Assembly: GCA_964016885.1 (NCBI GenBank)
Contig: OZ024741.1
Span: 320,230,001 to 320,294,000 of the forward strand
Length of the DNA: 64,000 nucleotides
Reading direction: 5' to 3'
Source: Eledone cirrhosa
Taxonomy: Eukaryota
In this document: piece by piece, positions 16,070 through 28,263 of the stretch
Layout: the number at the start of each line of letters is the position of its first letter
Numbering within the stretch: the stretch's first letter is position 1
Notes under the pieces: model-generated
The model's database searches: none
What the model was told of the DNA's origin: nothing
The model's input: only the letters and a program-made list of their open reading frames with translations
Translations under genes and position numbers: made by a program

Positions 16070-16480
16070 AATTGTTTCTACTTTTGGCACAAGGCCAGCA
16101 ATTAGCCAGTGTATTACTGGTACTTTATTTTATCGACCCCATAAGGATGAAAGGCAAAGTTAACCTAATAATAATAATAATGGTTTCTTATATAGGCACA
16201 AGGCCAGTAATTTGGGGGGAGGGGAAAGTCGATTAAATCGACCCCAGTGCGTGACTGGTACTTTATTTTATCGACCTCATAAGGATGAAAGGCAAAGTTA
16301 ACCTAATAATAATAATAATGGTTTCTGATTTAGGTACAAGGCCAAGAATTTGGGGGGATGGGAAGGTCGATTACATTGACACCAGTGCGGTACTGGTACT
16401 TTTTATTTTATCGACCACGAAGGGATAAAAGTCAAAGCTAATCTTGGTGGGATTTGAACTCAGAACGTAAAGAGATGAAA
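16070..16480 (-). mobile_element. Three tandem family-1 SINE segments joined by (AAT)n
   Basis: Core repeated at about 16070, 16180 and 16320 with aataataat junctions. Confidence 0.8.
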
Positions 16481-16494
16481 TTCTATGCCATCCA

Positions 16495-17200
16495 GCACTA
16501 GCACCTAACACTCAGGAAGATGGTCTGTATCGTGAGATCCAAGCCATTCCGAAACAACACAGGGACTCCACTTCCAGTGGACGCGAATGCTCGTGCCTCG
16601 GATATTCTGGTTTCACTTATGGCCACCACATCTATATTCAGTGACCTGACGTCATTGAGCCGTTTGCCCTGTTACTAAGACGACCTTAGACCACGTGCAT
16701 TTATACAGCCAATCCTAAGAAGAGCCGTGTTAAATAAAGGGTAGAAAAGGTAAGAAAGAGTTACTTATCCTGTTCGTGTGGAGAGAGAGATGATTGTCCT
16801 TCGTTCCTGCCAGATGAGAGCAACTGCACAAGAACTTCGGAGTTTATCCGTTTTGATTATGTGGTGTGGAGGTCAACAATTGCATTGGGGAATTTGGTTT
16901 TTAAAATAGTGTATGTTTCTAGTGTGGTGTATACGATATGTGTGTATGTGGACAGTGTAATGTTTCGGAGGTGATGTAATATGTTCTTGTGATTATGATG
17001 TTGCGTTTTAAGTGTTGCATCAGCTTCTGTATTTCTGTTTAATTTATAGCTATATAATTCGTCCGGTTTGTTGTTGTTGTTATTGCAGATTAGGGTTTAG
17101 ATGTGTTTTGGATGTTTATGTTGGTGTTTCATGTGTCTGTTGAGGTGTAGTGGTGTCGGCTTGTGGCCTGTTGCCTGTTATGGTGTTATCTAATTATCAG
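16495..17200 (-). mobile_element. Old Tx1-clade fragment (ORF1 remnant and APE N-terminus)
   Basis: Minus-strand translation LLRIGCINARGLRS..GKRLNDVRSLNIDVVAISETRI matches the ORF2 start of the Tx1 copies at 40983 and about 46690; in-frame stops present. Confidence 0.75.
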
Positions 17201-17471
17201 CAGCCGGGACCAGCGTGACACCATCAGATGTTAAAACAATTATGTGAGTGCGTTGATATGTTGTGATGATTACATAACTGTCCCACACAGGTATCCCTAA
17301 AATACATATAAATACGATTTGGGAACGTTTTTCATTTAGTTTATTTCATACATGAAAATTCCGTCGCGCTTGATCGCCAACTTTATGCTGGATATATACA
17401 ATTGATGTGGAGTGATTTTACTTGCATTACAGCGGTTTATCCATGAATCGTCACAACAATACACTAATTAG

Positions 17472-17558
<87 letters not shown>

Positions 17559-17587
17559 GAACATATTCGCTCTACATGGCTGAATAC

Positions 17588-17812
17588 AATAAATGTAATC
17601 TAAGTTTTTCGAATATAAATAATAACATTCGATTCGTTTGCAATTATGCAAACAAGTCTAAATTGTATAGCCATGTCAGTAGAATGAACCCTTCATTCTT
17701 ACTCTTGTGTTGGCATTCTACTGATATGGCTCTAAAATTGAGGCTTGTTTGCATAAGTGCAAACGAATCAAAGGTTATTATTAATATTCGAAAAACTCAG
17801 ATTACATTTATT
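17588..17812. repeat. Foldback element with about 100-bp imperfect arms, between (TA)n tracts
   Basis: aataaatgtaatctaagtttttcgaata...gtagaatg versus cattctac...ttcgaaaaactcagattacatttatt; a single-arm relative lies at 55000-55207. Confidence 0.85.
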
Positions 17813-18099
17813 ATATATATATATATATATATATAGTAATAATAATAAATGCGAAGACTAAAACCCAAAGAGGACTCGATAAGGAAGATCCCATTAAGGA
17901 TGAAAGCAGCGATTCTCTGCTTAAACTTTAATCTATTATTTTAATTTGTGTATATATATATCATCAACACCGCCAACACATACCTCCATTCCCCAACCAA
18001 CAATAGTGTGTGTCTGTGTGTAAGTATTTTTACAGATACGGGCGTATAAGTGTGCGTGCGTGTACGCATATTTATATATATGTGTGTGTGTGTATGTAA

Positions 18100-18133
<34 letters not shown>

Positions 18134-18335
18134 GCGTGTATATATATATGTGTGTGTATATATGTGTGTGTGTATACGTATGTGTATGTGTGTGTGTGTA
18201 TATGTATGTGTATGTATGTGTGTGTATGTGTACGTCTACATATATGTATATGGGTGAATCTGACTGTATGTGTAGGTGAGCTCATGTGCGTGCATGTATG
18301 TGTATATGTGCGTGTGTGTGTGTGTTGTCTGTACA

Positions 18336-18368
<33 letters not shown>

Positions 18369-18904
18369 GTGTGTGAGTATACGTGTGTGTGAGTGTGTAT
18401 GTGTATATTTTGTATACGTGAGTGTGAGTCCATGTGCCCACATCCATGTGTGTGTGTGAGCATTTGTATGTGTATGTATATATGTATAACACCTTCTACA
18501 TTGCCTCTCACCTTCCCCCCATCTCTGTAGTTCGCCACCCCCACCGATACTCCCCCACTCTCCATATTCGTGTCCGCATGCGCGCATGCACATACATGTG
18601 TGTATATATACATATGGCTGTGTATGAGCGTGTGTCGATATGTGTGGGCAAGGATGTGAGTATGTGTTTTGTGTTGTGTGTGTTTATACAACGATATATG
18701 TGCACATATATACATGTATGTGTGTGCGTATACGTATATACAAAGTATTTGTCAGACGAAGAGCGTCTAGCTATGTATCTATGTAGGGACCTGACACCAC
18801 CAATACAGCCACCACACCACCACAAACGCCGCTACCATAGACAACGACACCACTACCACACCCCCACACACACGCGCCAACCCGTCTACTGACAATCCAC
18901 TAAC

Positions 18905-19160
18905 CTCATATCACAGCCCATCCCACTAAGCAACCATAACCACCACCACATCATCACATCCACCCCCACATACTCTACACACCAAGGCCAACCCACCAAC
19001 ACCACACCACAGCCCATCTCATCCACCGACCGTCACAGCCCATCCCACTAAGCAACTATAACCACACCATATCATCACATCCATCCCCACATACTCTACA
19101 CGCCAAGGCCAACCCACCACCACTACACCACAGCCCATCTCATCCACCGACCGTCACCAA
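18905..19160 (+). repeat. About 120-bp CA-rich tandem duplication
   Basis: tcacagcccatcccactaagcaac...cccatctcatccaccgaccgtcac occurs twice. Confidence 0.8.
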
Positions 19161-19310
19161 CATCTCAACATCAAACCACCCCCATATACACTACAGGCCA
19201 GTACATCACCTTGATCCTTCCCACCAATCAAAACAACTCATTTTGTCATACTCTTGAACTTCTGACTTTACCACATAGCATGTATTTCATTTTCTTATAG
19301 CATTTTAAGA

Positions 19311-19397
19311 GGGTCCGTCGAGCTGCCGATTATTGAGTCGGGTAGGATCGATATAGATCGAACCTTGAGCTGATCAGTGGCGAAACGCGCGTCACCT
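19311..19397 (+). ncRNA. Type I hammerhead motif, family C (core CCGTCGA, A6 mutated)
   Basis: gggt-CCGTCGA-gctgccgat...atcagtggc-GAAA-C GCGC G-TC-acct, then AATAAA; the repeat ends at (TA)n near 19448. Confidence 0.7.
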
Positions 19398-19444
19398 ATC
19401 AATAAATGTAATGAAGGAATACTCAATCGTCCCTGTTACCCTTT

Positions 19445-19522
<78 letters not shown>

Positions 19523-19778
19523 TTAGGGTAAACATTGATGCAATTCAATGGCCTTGAATGGGTCATTGTTTGGCTGAGAGGGGGAACTGACTAAGCGAAT
19601 TTAGTTGAAATCTGCGGTAGCTAATGGTCAACTTCCTACAGACCTGCGCCTGCGCAGACCGATGGGGGTGAATTGGTACTCACAGGGGAATGGACGAAGA
19701 ACCCAAGAGCACACACTTCGTCCGTTCCCATGTCGATTCAATTTGGATTGCCTCGGAAACAACCTTATTATGTAAAAA

Positions 19779-19852
19779 GCTGTCTGACGATGTCGCGACA
19801 CTGGCGCACGGAACAGTGTGACCACTGTCGCCATTGAAATATATATCACAGC
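19779..19852 (+). ncRNA. Type I hammerhead ribozyme, canonical core, AUC cleavage after 19847
   Basis: gctgt-CTGACGA-long stem II (gcgaca/tgtcgc, tgg/cca, cgcac/gtgtg)-GAAA-T ATAT A-TC-acagc. Confidence 0.8.
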
Positions 19853-19855
19853 ATT

Positions 19856-20036
19856 GCAGTATCGGTAGAGAGTCGGACGCCATGCTTTCCAGCATAGTTA
19901 CGTCCCTTTACGATTTGAGTTCAAATCCCGCCGAGGTTGACTTTGCCTTTCATCCTTACGGGGTCGATAAAATAAAGTACCAGTAATGCACTGGGTTATT
20001 GCTGGCCTTGTGCCTAAAGTAGAAACAATTATTATT
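19856..20036 (+). mobile_element. Family-1 SINE inserted just 3' of the HHR
   Basis: SINE core with (ATT)n tail. Confidence 0.85.
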
Positions 20037-21272
20037 AAAAGACTTGAACATCTGAAACTACTTTGCTTTTCCTTATTCGATATTTACTCCGTCACCCCTA
20101 TGTGGAATATGTATGTTGAGTGCTTGAATTGAATTGCATCCATGGTTACCCTAAGAATTTAGCTCCAATCAGTTGAGCGCTCTATGATGTAACCGATATG
20201 GTGGAGAACAGAGGAACCAGCCACGAGCTACACCCGGAAATCCCCCCTACCATGGGGATGGACACCCCTGATACTGGACGGACATAATAATACCTTTCGG
20301 CAGGATAAATACGCGGAAACAAAAACAAAGATAAATCCCTATTTTCCTGCACCAAATCGCATTTGAACAGAAGCCCCCTCAATTCAATCTATACATGGAC
20401 AAATTGACAATCATATTGATCATCTATCGCATTTTGCATATATGTACTCTATGTGTTTTTGCATTTATTCATTAATTGTTTTTTTTTCTTTTGTGTACGT
20501 TATATCGTTTTTTTTTTGTTCTGTTCCATGTGATGGAAATTCTAGCTATGTACCCGACTAAATACTACCTTTCATACCGTAATTTAACCTCCGTTATACT
20601 GTACGGTACTATCGTTTAGTATATAGATAATATAACCGTAACATTAATACCCATTTCAAAACTCCTTACTTAAACATCTCTCTGCATATTATTTACTCAC
20701 TTCAATCTATATTTTTTTACTCGCCTCAATCTAGATTCTCACTTGAAAAGTATTAATTTTTAATTGTTAATTTTTAATTTCTAATTTTTGATATTTAATA
20801 ATTGATTTCTGATTTTGGATTTTAAATTTTAATTCCAACTCTCATTCATAACTTCCACCGTGAAACCATGATACATAGAATTAAGAATTAAGTATATTTT
20901 CTCTTAGAGGTTGATGGTCAATTATACTGTCCATGCTTAATGAGGGGTGGTATTCAGACCTGTGGATACTCACACTCTCCCATCCCCACTGGCTTTCGAC
21001 TGACAGCCACTGACGGGATGGGTAGCAGTAAGCTATATTACAGGCCTTGAATGGGTCATTGTTTGGCTGAGAGGGGGAACTGACTAAGCGAATTTAGTTG
21101 AAATCTTCGGTAGCTAATGGTCAACTTCCTACGGACCTGCGCCTGCGCAGACCGATGGGGGTGAATTGGTACTCACAGGGGAATGGACGAAGACCCAAGA
21201 GCACACACTTCGTCCGTTACCATGACGATTCAATTTGGATTGCTTCGGAAACATAATCTTATTATGTAAAAA

Positions 21273-21346
21273 GCTGTCTGACGATGTCGCGACACTGGCG
21301 CAGGGAACAGTGTGACCACTGTCGCCATTGAAATATATATCACAGC
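21273..21346 (+). ncRNA. Type I hammerhead ribozyme, second copy, cleavage after 21341
   Basis: Same fold as 19779-19852 with one substitution in distal stem II. Confidence 0.8.
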
Positions 21347-21351
21347 ATTGA

Positions 21352-21513
21352 TGGACGCCATGCGTTCTAGCATAGTTACGTCCCTTTACAGTCTGAGTTC
21401 AAATCCCGCCGAGGTTAACTTTGCCTTTCATCCTTACGGGGTCGATAAAACAAAGTACCAGTAATGTACTGGGTAATTGCTGGCCTTGTGCCTAAAGTAG
21501 AAACAATTATTAT
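21352..21513 (+). mobile_element. Family-1 SINE (shorter 5' end) just 3' of the second HHR
   Basis: SINE core and tail. Confidence 0.85.
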
Positions 21514-21553
21514 TAAAAGACTTGAAGATCTGAACCTACTTCGCTTTTCCTTG

Positions 21554-21607
<54 letters not shown>

Positions 21608-21763
21608 GCTAATTAGTGTATTGTTGTGACGATTCATGGATAAACCGCCGTAATGTAAGTGAAAGCACTCCACAAGTTTAAACAGAGAATCGGTGCTTTC
21701 ACCCTTAACAGGATTTTCCTTACCGAGCCCTCTTTGGATTTTAGTCTTCACATTTATTATTAT

Positions 21764-21808
<45 letters not shown>

Positions 21809-22382
21809 TTAATTGAATATACAAGAGAGGTAAACACAAATATAAACATACATGTGTTCGAATTGTAAGGGACCAAGTTCGCTAGGGTGAAAAAAAATAC
21901 TAGCTATAACAATATGGTTTGCCAGACTCAATTTAAAGTAATAAATCAAGAAAAAGAAGAACAAACCTATATTGGGCAACTGCCTGAACACCCAGACACT
22001 CTTGGTAGCTGTTTCGCAGTTTATTTAGCGAATGAAATTACCAATTTTTCTGCTCTTCAGTGGATGTAAAAATTAGTAATCCCTCCATTTCTAAGTATAT
22101 CAGAAGACTGAATAGTGTGCGAATATGAAATAACGCACATGGCATCAGAACCTAGCGTGTCTCATAAACATACTCTGCTAAAAATAGCAGCCGAGTTTAC
22201 ACGACATTCAAATTAGCTCGACAAGAAGGAGCCGACAATGTCAGAGGTATATATTGAGTTATATGTATGTTTATATTTGTGTTTAGCTCTCTTGTATATT
22301 CAATTATATTACACAGCTCAGAAAAACTTCTTTCTTTGAGCTATTTAATTGTAAGAGACTATTTTGAGTTTCTAAAGCAGAC

Positions 22383-23183
22383 GAGGAAGAAAATAGGGGG
22401 TGGAAGTAAGTGATAGTATGAGACAGGGGGAAGAAGAAGACAAAGAGGAAAAGAAAAGAGATACATCTACCTCTTTGTCTTCTTCTTCCCCCTGTCTCAT
22501 CCTATCACTTACTTCCACCCCCTATTTTCTTCCTCCTCTGCGTTCCCCTTTTGCATACCCCGATGCAGCCCATCGGGCCTCTGTAGCATCAGTTCCCCCA
22601 CCCCTGTAACTTTAAGATAGAATTGGCCGAATACGTTTTACTAACTACTTATAGCAGATGTGTTAAACCCCTTTAATTTTGTATTAGTTTTATTACTACT
22701 CAATTTCTACAAGTTTTTTCTATTCTCAACTTATTAACCTGTAATTGTAAGATAGCATTGTGATTTTTTTTATTCATTCCTCACTATCTAATTTTGTATA
22801 TTTTTTTATTTATCTCTATTATCTTTTATTGTCTCCTGCTTTCATTCGATTTACCTATTCTATAACTCCCCTCCTCCACTTCATACACTATCCTTAGAAT
22901 CTGCTGTATACATATCACTTTCAACGCTTGACCGCTCCACTCACTCCCCTATTGCTCTACAAGCAAGTTCAGTCACCCCTACCTCCCACCAAATGCCATG
23001 ATAGACATATTTGTGTTTACAACACATTTTAACAATTCCTCTTGACAACTACAATCTTCCCATATAAGGAAGTACCCCTTGATAAGTTCGGCTATTTATT
23101 CACCAGGCTAAAAATTCTAATTTAGTCCAGAAATAGCCGTTGAAACGGCTTGAGCTCTGCCGTCGGGGGCATACTTTTTCCTA
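22383..23183 (+). mobile_element. Family-A non-coding HHR element with a 5' foldback
   Basis: Near-perfect arms of about 65 bp (22383-22448 and ~22470-22535). Segments caacgcttga, ttgacaa and ccatata.ggaa.tacccc are shared with 61581-62000 (minus). Ends at (TA)n. Confidence 0.65.
23075..23168 (+). ncRNA. Type I hammerhead motif, family A, U3-A8 core
   Basis: cccc-TTGATAA-g..cggctattt...aaatagccg.t-GAAA-CGGC ttgagctct GCCG-TC-gggg. Confidence 0.75.
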
Positions 23184-23280
23184 TATATATATATATATGT
23201 ATGTGTGCTGGTGTGCGCGCGGATTTATGCCAATTATAAACTAGTATTATAGGCCTCAAAATTTATGGGGTCTCTACATA

Positions 23281-23467
23281 TAATTGTTTCTACTTTAGCC
23301 ACAAGGCCAGCAATACCCCAGTGCATTACTGGTACTTTATTTTATCGACCCCGTAAGGATGAAAGGCAAAGTCAACCTCGGCGGGATTTGAACTCAGATC
23401 GTAAAAGGGGCGTAACTATGCTGGAAAGCATGGCGTCCGACCCTCTACCGATACTGCCAATCCACCG
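23281..23467 (-). mobile_element. Family-1 SINE
   Basis: Full core. Confidence 0.85.
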
Positions 23468-24741
23468 GGGTCTCTACAGATAATGCCCTCAAATATGAAC
23501 CAATACCATTAATATTAATCTTATCCAATACTTATACATTTTAAATATCTTTAAGATATAATGAACATAAATGAAACAGTCTAAAACTGACATAAAGCTG
23601 TGATGTACGACTCTACCTGACAATATAAAAATAAATTTATCATGCGATTATGACATCATAAACAACAGTAACAGCCAAACCGAATAACATTTTCTTTCCT
23701 GGTTTGTTAGTTCTATACTAACTGTACTTTCCGTTGACTCGCGTGATACATGCATCCATTTAATTGTGTGTATAATTTATACGATGTATTGTGAAATGGG
23801 CTTACTAGGAGTTGCTCAGCACACATACATACATACATACATATAAACATAGATACATAGATACATACATACATATTACATACATATAAACATATAGCAT
23901 ACATACATACTAGATACATATAAACATACACACATTCATATATATACATATGTCATATGCCTCTCTCTCTCCCGCTCGTTCTCTCCCACACTCTCTCTCT
24001 CTGTCTCTCTCTCTCTTTCTCTCTCTCTCTAAATGTGTGTGTATTAAATTCTCAGTTTTAAAATCATTTCCTCTATTGAGCAGTTCCTATCATATCAAAC
24101 GAACACCCTGAGTAACTTTATATACACCCAATGAAGACAGACCTCTATTTCTGCAGGTGAAAACCTGCTGTCAGAATTTAACCCAATGGTATACCTTACG
24201 AAATATGATGTACAAAGTAAAATCTAAATAACCGATTAACTGTCAATACATTTTATAGTTATTAAGCAGAAAATTCGTTTTCTTTCTTTCCATTTCCCCT
24301 GATGACTTGCGATTTTGACGATCAGGCTAAGAACTCCGATGATATATATTTTCTCGAGTTTTCCTACCGGGGTTTTTACAAAGTCGATTTAAACTTCGAA
24401 TGTGCTTTCAATTCAGTTTTAAAATTCAGTACGCATACTTATTGTGAATATTCACGAGGTTAATTTGTAAGTATATTTTCTTAAGTTTTGGCAACAGGGT
24501 GTTCGTTGCTTGACACTTTCTTTTACATGATTTGCCCGTAGACAGAGCGAAATATATTTCGTAAAATTCTGATAAGAGGCGCAGAAAACCGATAAGTGAA
24601 TAACGGCGACCATAAATACAGTAGTGGTCTTTTTTCTTGATCTAATTCCGCCATGATGACGTTACGGTTAAACCCCGGCAATGTAATTTCATAGCCAGTA
24701 GAAAGATGCATCCGCCAGGAATATTATGTCGCGTAGACTTT

Positions 24742-24854
<113 letters not shown>

Positions 24855-24883
24855 GATCAAAAGATGGTTAAAAGAGTTCCATG

Positions 24884-24954
24884 TATTTTATTATGCGCAT
24901 TTCAAAAACAAATGTCATCATGCGATGACATTTGCGTTTTCGTTAGATAAAATA
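24884..24954 (-). ncRNA. Hammerhead motif with G5A core change (CTAACGA), probably inactive
   Basis: Reverse-complement copy of 25134-25204. Confidence 0.65.
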
Positions 24955-25133
24955 GGGAGACATGATATGAAGATTAAAAAACACTTGTGAATAGTGCAGT
25001 TTTAAATCAACATATATGATATGTTGATTTAAAACTGCATATATGATATGTTGATTTAAAACTGCATATATGATATGTTGATTTAAAACTGCACTATTCA
25101 CAAGTGTTTTATAACCTTCATATCATGTCTCCC

Positions 25134-25204
25134 TATTTTATCTGACGAAAACGCAAATGTCATCGCATGATGATATTTGTTTTTGAAATGCGCATAATAA
25201 AATA
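25134..25204 (+). ncRNA. Type I hammerhead ribozyme, canonical core, AUA cleavage after 25196
   Basis: tattttat-CTGACGA-aaacgcaaatgtcatc gcat gatgatatttgttttt-GAAA-T GCGC A-TA-ataaaata; 8-bp stem I and palindromic stem III loop. Confidence 0.85.
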
Positions 25205-25327
25205 CATGGAACTCTTTTAACCATCTTTTGATCATATATATTATTTATACTCCAGTCCTACAAACTGTAGAGTGCTTCTTATCCGATATCTGCATTGCTT
25301 TATTGTACTACAATAAAACTTACCTCC

Positions 25328-25441
<114 letters not shown>

Positions 25442-25458
25442 AGAGAGAGAGATGCATA

Positions 25459-25557
25459 CATTTTATTAAGGTTAAACAATGAGTCTTGTTACTCTGGAGT
25501 TCTGTCTGTTTATCACAGGGTCATAAAAAAGACTCACTATTTAACCTTAATAAAATG
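25459..25557. repeat. Small foldback with about 29-bp inverted arms
   Basis: cattttattaaggttaaacaatgagtctt versus aagactcactatttaaccttaataaaatg. Confidence 0.7.
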
Positions 25558-25647
25558 AATATTAAAACTCTACTTTTGCCGTTAAACCCCTACGGACACA
25601 CACACACACACACACAAACATACACACATGCAAATGTGTTAACACTT

Positions 25648-25730
25648 GTCTGAGGATCAGGCAGACTTGGAGTCTGGTTTGAAATTCCAACTCAGATCAC
25701 GAGCCAGCTGCATGAGAAACATTTGTAATT
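25648..25730 (+). ncRNA. Degenerate hammerhead-like motif with a long stem II
   Basis: CTGAGGA-tca.gcag...ctgc.tga-GAAA-C ATTT G-TA; stem I pairing is poor. Confidence 0.4.
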
Positions 25731-25748
25731 CCTGCACTTTGCTCTTAT

Positions 25749-25873
<125 letters not shown>

Positions 25874-25936
25874 ATATATAGCACTCGATGTTTAGGTTCA
25901 CTTCTGTATCGAGGTGTAGAGCTAGACAGAGTGTAT

Positions 25937-26227
25937 TATAGTGAAAAGATAACAAGGACGATTGGTTACTCCTTCATTACATTTATTGGTAGGTGACGCG
26001 CGTTTCGCCACTGATCACCTCAAGGTTAAATCTGTATCGATCTTACCCGACTCTGTAATCTGAGGCTCGTCGGACCCCTTGTAATGCTAGTAGAAAATTT
26101 GCTAGTAGAAAATTTACAGAGTCGAGTAAGATCGATACAGATCAAACCTTGAGCTGATCAGTGGCGAAACGCGCGTCACCACCCAATAAATGTAATGAAG
26201 GAGTAACCAATCGTCCTTGTTATCCTT

Positions 26228-26235
<8 letters not shown>
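25937..26235. repeat. Inverted pair of family-C repeats (25937-26058 and 26114-26235)
   Basis: Arms of about 120 bp; homologous to 19330-19447. Confidence 0.9.
25991..26077 (-). ncRNA. Type I hammerhead motif, family C, core CCGACGA
   Basis: gggt-CCGACGA-gcc...ggc-GAAA-C GCGC G-TC-acct..AATAAA on the minus strand. Confidence 0.75.
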
Positions 26236-26290
<55 letters not shown>

Positions 26291-26479
26291 GCAAACATAT
26301 ACATATAGACACTCACATATTTCGATGGATCAGCTCTATCATCCGATTACGATGCAAGACTAGGCAATTTCAACAGGTTTTATTTGCAGAATAATGTAAC
26401 AGGTTTATGTTGAACCGAAACTAGAAGATAGAAAATAGAAAATAGTGGAACGATTCGATTCGGGGACCGCCTGCTAATT

Positions 26480-27330
26480 TTGTTATATATCGATAGCAGA
26501 CGTCCCCGAATTCTGTGATCTCTCAAATTAGAGATGTAACGACTCTACCTGGAACTACTCTATGCACTCTATCAAGTAACATTGTTCGAGACGCTTCTCG
26601 GCTTTCCATTTCGGCCGCTTGCATTCGTTATCGTATTCTTTCAGTCATTATACAAGATTCATGACGATAGGTAAAGTTTGGCGGGAATACAGAAGTCAAT
26701 ATAACGAGTTTAGTTTTTACACCTAACTCCTTTCCTTTGATGACTGAATGATGAAGCTGGTGCATTACTGTAACAGCTTCTGCAGTTCTTACACTTAATT
26801 CAACCTCTCCCCTTCCATCACTCGTGAATACGGCTCCGAGAAATTTGACTACCTCCATCTGCTTCTTGGGAAATCCATTCATATGTAGAGTGCACTGCAC
26901 AGGCTTCCTTGAGAGGACGATTGTCTCCGTCTTCGCGGCATTCATTTTCACCCGTGCAGCACTTGAGAGCAACTTTATCAAGTGCATGTGGGAGAGCACC
27001 TTCCGACGTCTTAAGTAATACCATGTCTGCAAATTCCAGCCCACTGATCCTACACCTATCGGTCATGATGCCTTCTATATCCCGGTAACGCACGACAATC
27101 CTTTTAATGAAGATTATGAACAGGTGAGGTTACAATACGCACACTTGGGGAGTCCGACATTCACATTGAATGGTTTCGTCTTAACACCATCTAACCGGAC
27201 ACAAATACTAGAGCATGCCTTTAGATATCAGTACAAGTTGCTGCCCATCAATCCCGTACTTAATAGGTCCTGTGGAATGCGGTCATATGCCTTTGCAAGG
27301 CGTACAGCTATTGGCAATATTCCCACAATT
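26480..27330 (-). mobile_element. Decayed RTE-like non-LTR retrotransposon, RT fragment
   Basis: LEFADMVLL (RT active-site region), KMNAAKTETIV, KFLGAVFTSDGR, KTKLVILTSVFPP.FTY.HES; frameshifted. Confidence 0.75.
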
Positions 27331-28108
27331 GCTCGACGACGTGCCTCAGTGTGAAGGTTGGATCAACTATGATGCCTCCGAGGTGAAAACTACTCTGTTC
27401 ATCAGCGAACTTGGACTTAAAAACATTCCCCGTGACATGCTCTTTAGCAGGACGATCCTGTCGAGAAGAGAACAATTTCAAATGTTGAAATCATACACTA
27501 ATTGTAAAACAAATCTCTCCGGCTGAAACCATATTCACAATAGAATGTCATTTCACAGCCGAGTGTGTGAGTGTGTGTGTACGTATATGTGCATATGTAT
27601 GCATATTAGTATGTTTGTGCGTGAGAGTGTGACATGAAGTATTCGTTTAATCCGTTGCCATAAAATGTAATTATTATTGAAGAACTGTTCATAAATATAT
27701 ATATGGGGGGGGGGGGGCGTGTGTGTGTGTGTGTGTGAGAATGTGTGTTTGTAGAACACCCGCATTAAAGCAATTAATTTTAAGCCAAGATACATTGGAA
27801 ATACACAATTCCCTCAATTCTCCTTAAAATTACGATTTATTTATAACCATTGGCCAATAAATAAGGCTCAAAATGTCGGGAAGCTCTGTCAGTGCGTTTT
27901 GGCGTAAACGATACGACAACCGTCAAGCATCTGACAGGTGTGTTCCAATACCAGACACTTATATGCCTACGTAATTTGTTTGACTACTGCTCACAGTCAG
28001 AATCTGCTTTGAAACCATTAACTTTAGGTGAACATACATTCGAAATTAAATTTACTATACTTTACCATAAAACCCGTCATTTTTTATGTGCACTTGCATA
28101 CATACATG

Positions 28109-28263
<155 letters not shown>

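Larger units (their letters stand above)
19522..21560 (+). mobile_element. Non-coding retrozyme/Penelope-like element with about 520-bp direct repeats, each containing an HHR, plus a short 5' inversion
   Basis: 19550-~20083 is repeated at 21043-~21560. 19522-19548 is the reverse complement of 20129-20155. No long ORF. Flanked by (TA)n on both sides. Confidence 0.8.
24855..25233. repeat. Near-perfect palindrome (arms about 160 bp) made of two head-to-head HHR-bearing repeats, with a 28-bp tandem at the centre
   Basis: gatcaaaagatggttaaaagagttcc...ggaactcttttaaccatcttttgatc; the central unit catatatgatatgttgatttaaaactg(c) is repeated about three times. Confidence 0.92.

Noticed and set aside
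24997-25092. 28-bp repeats as a CRISPR-like array
   Set aside because: Contiguous units with no spacers, in a eukaryotic context
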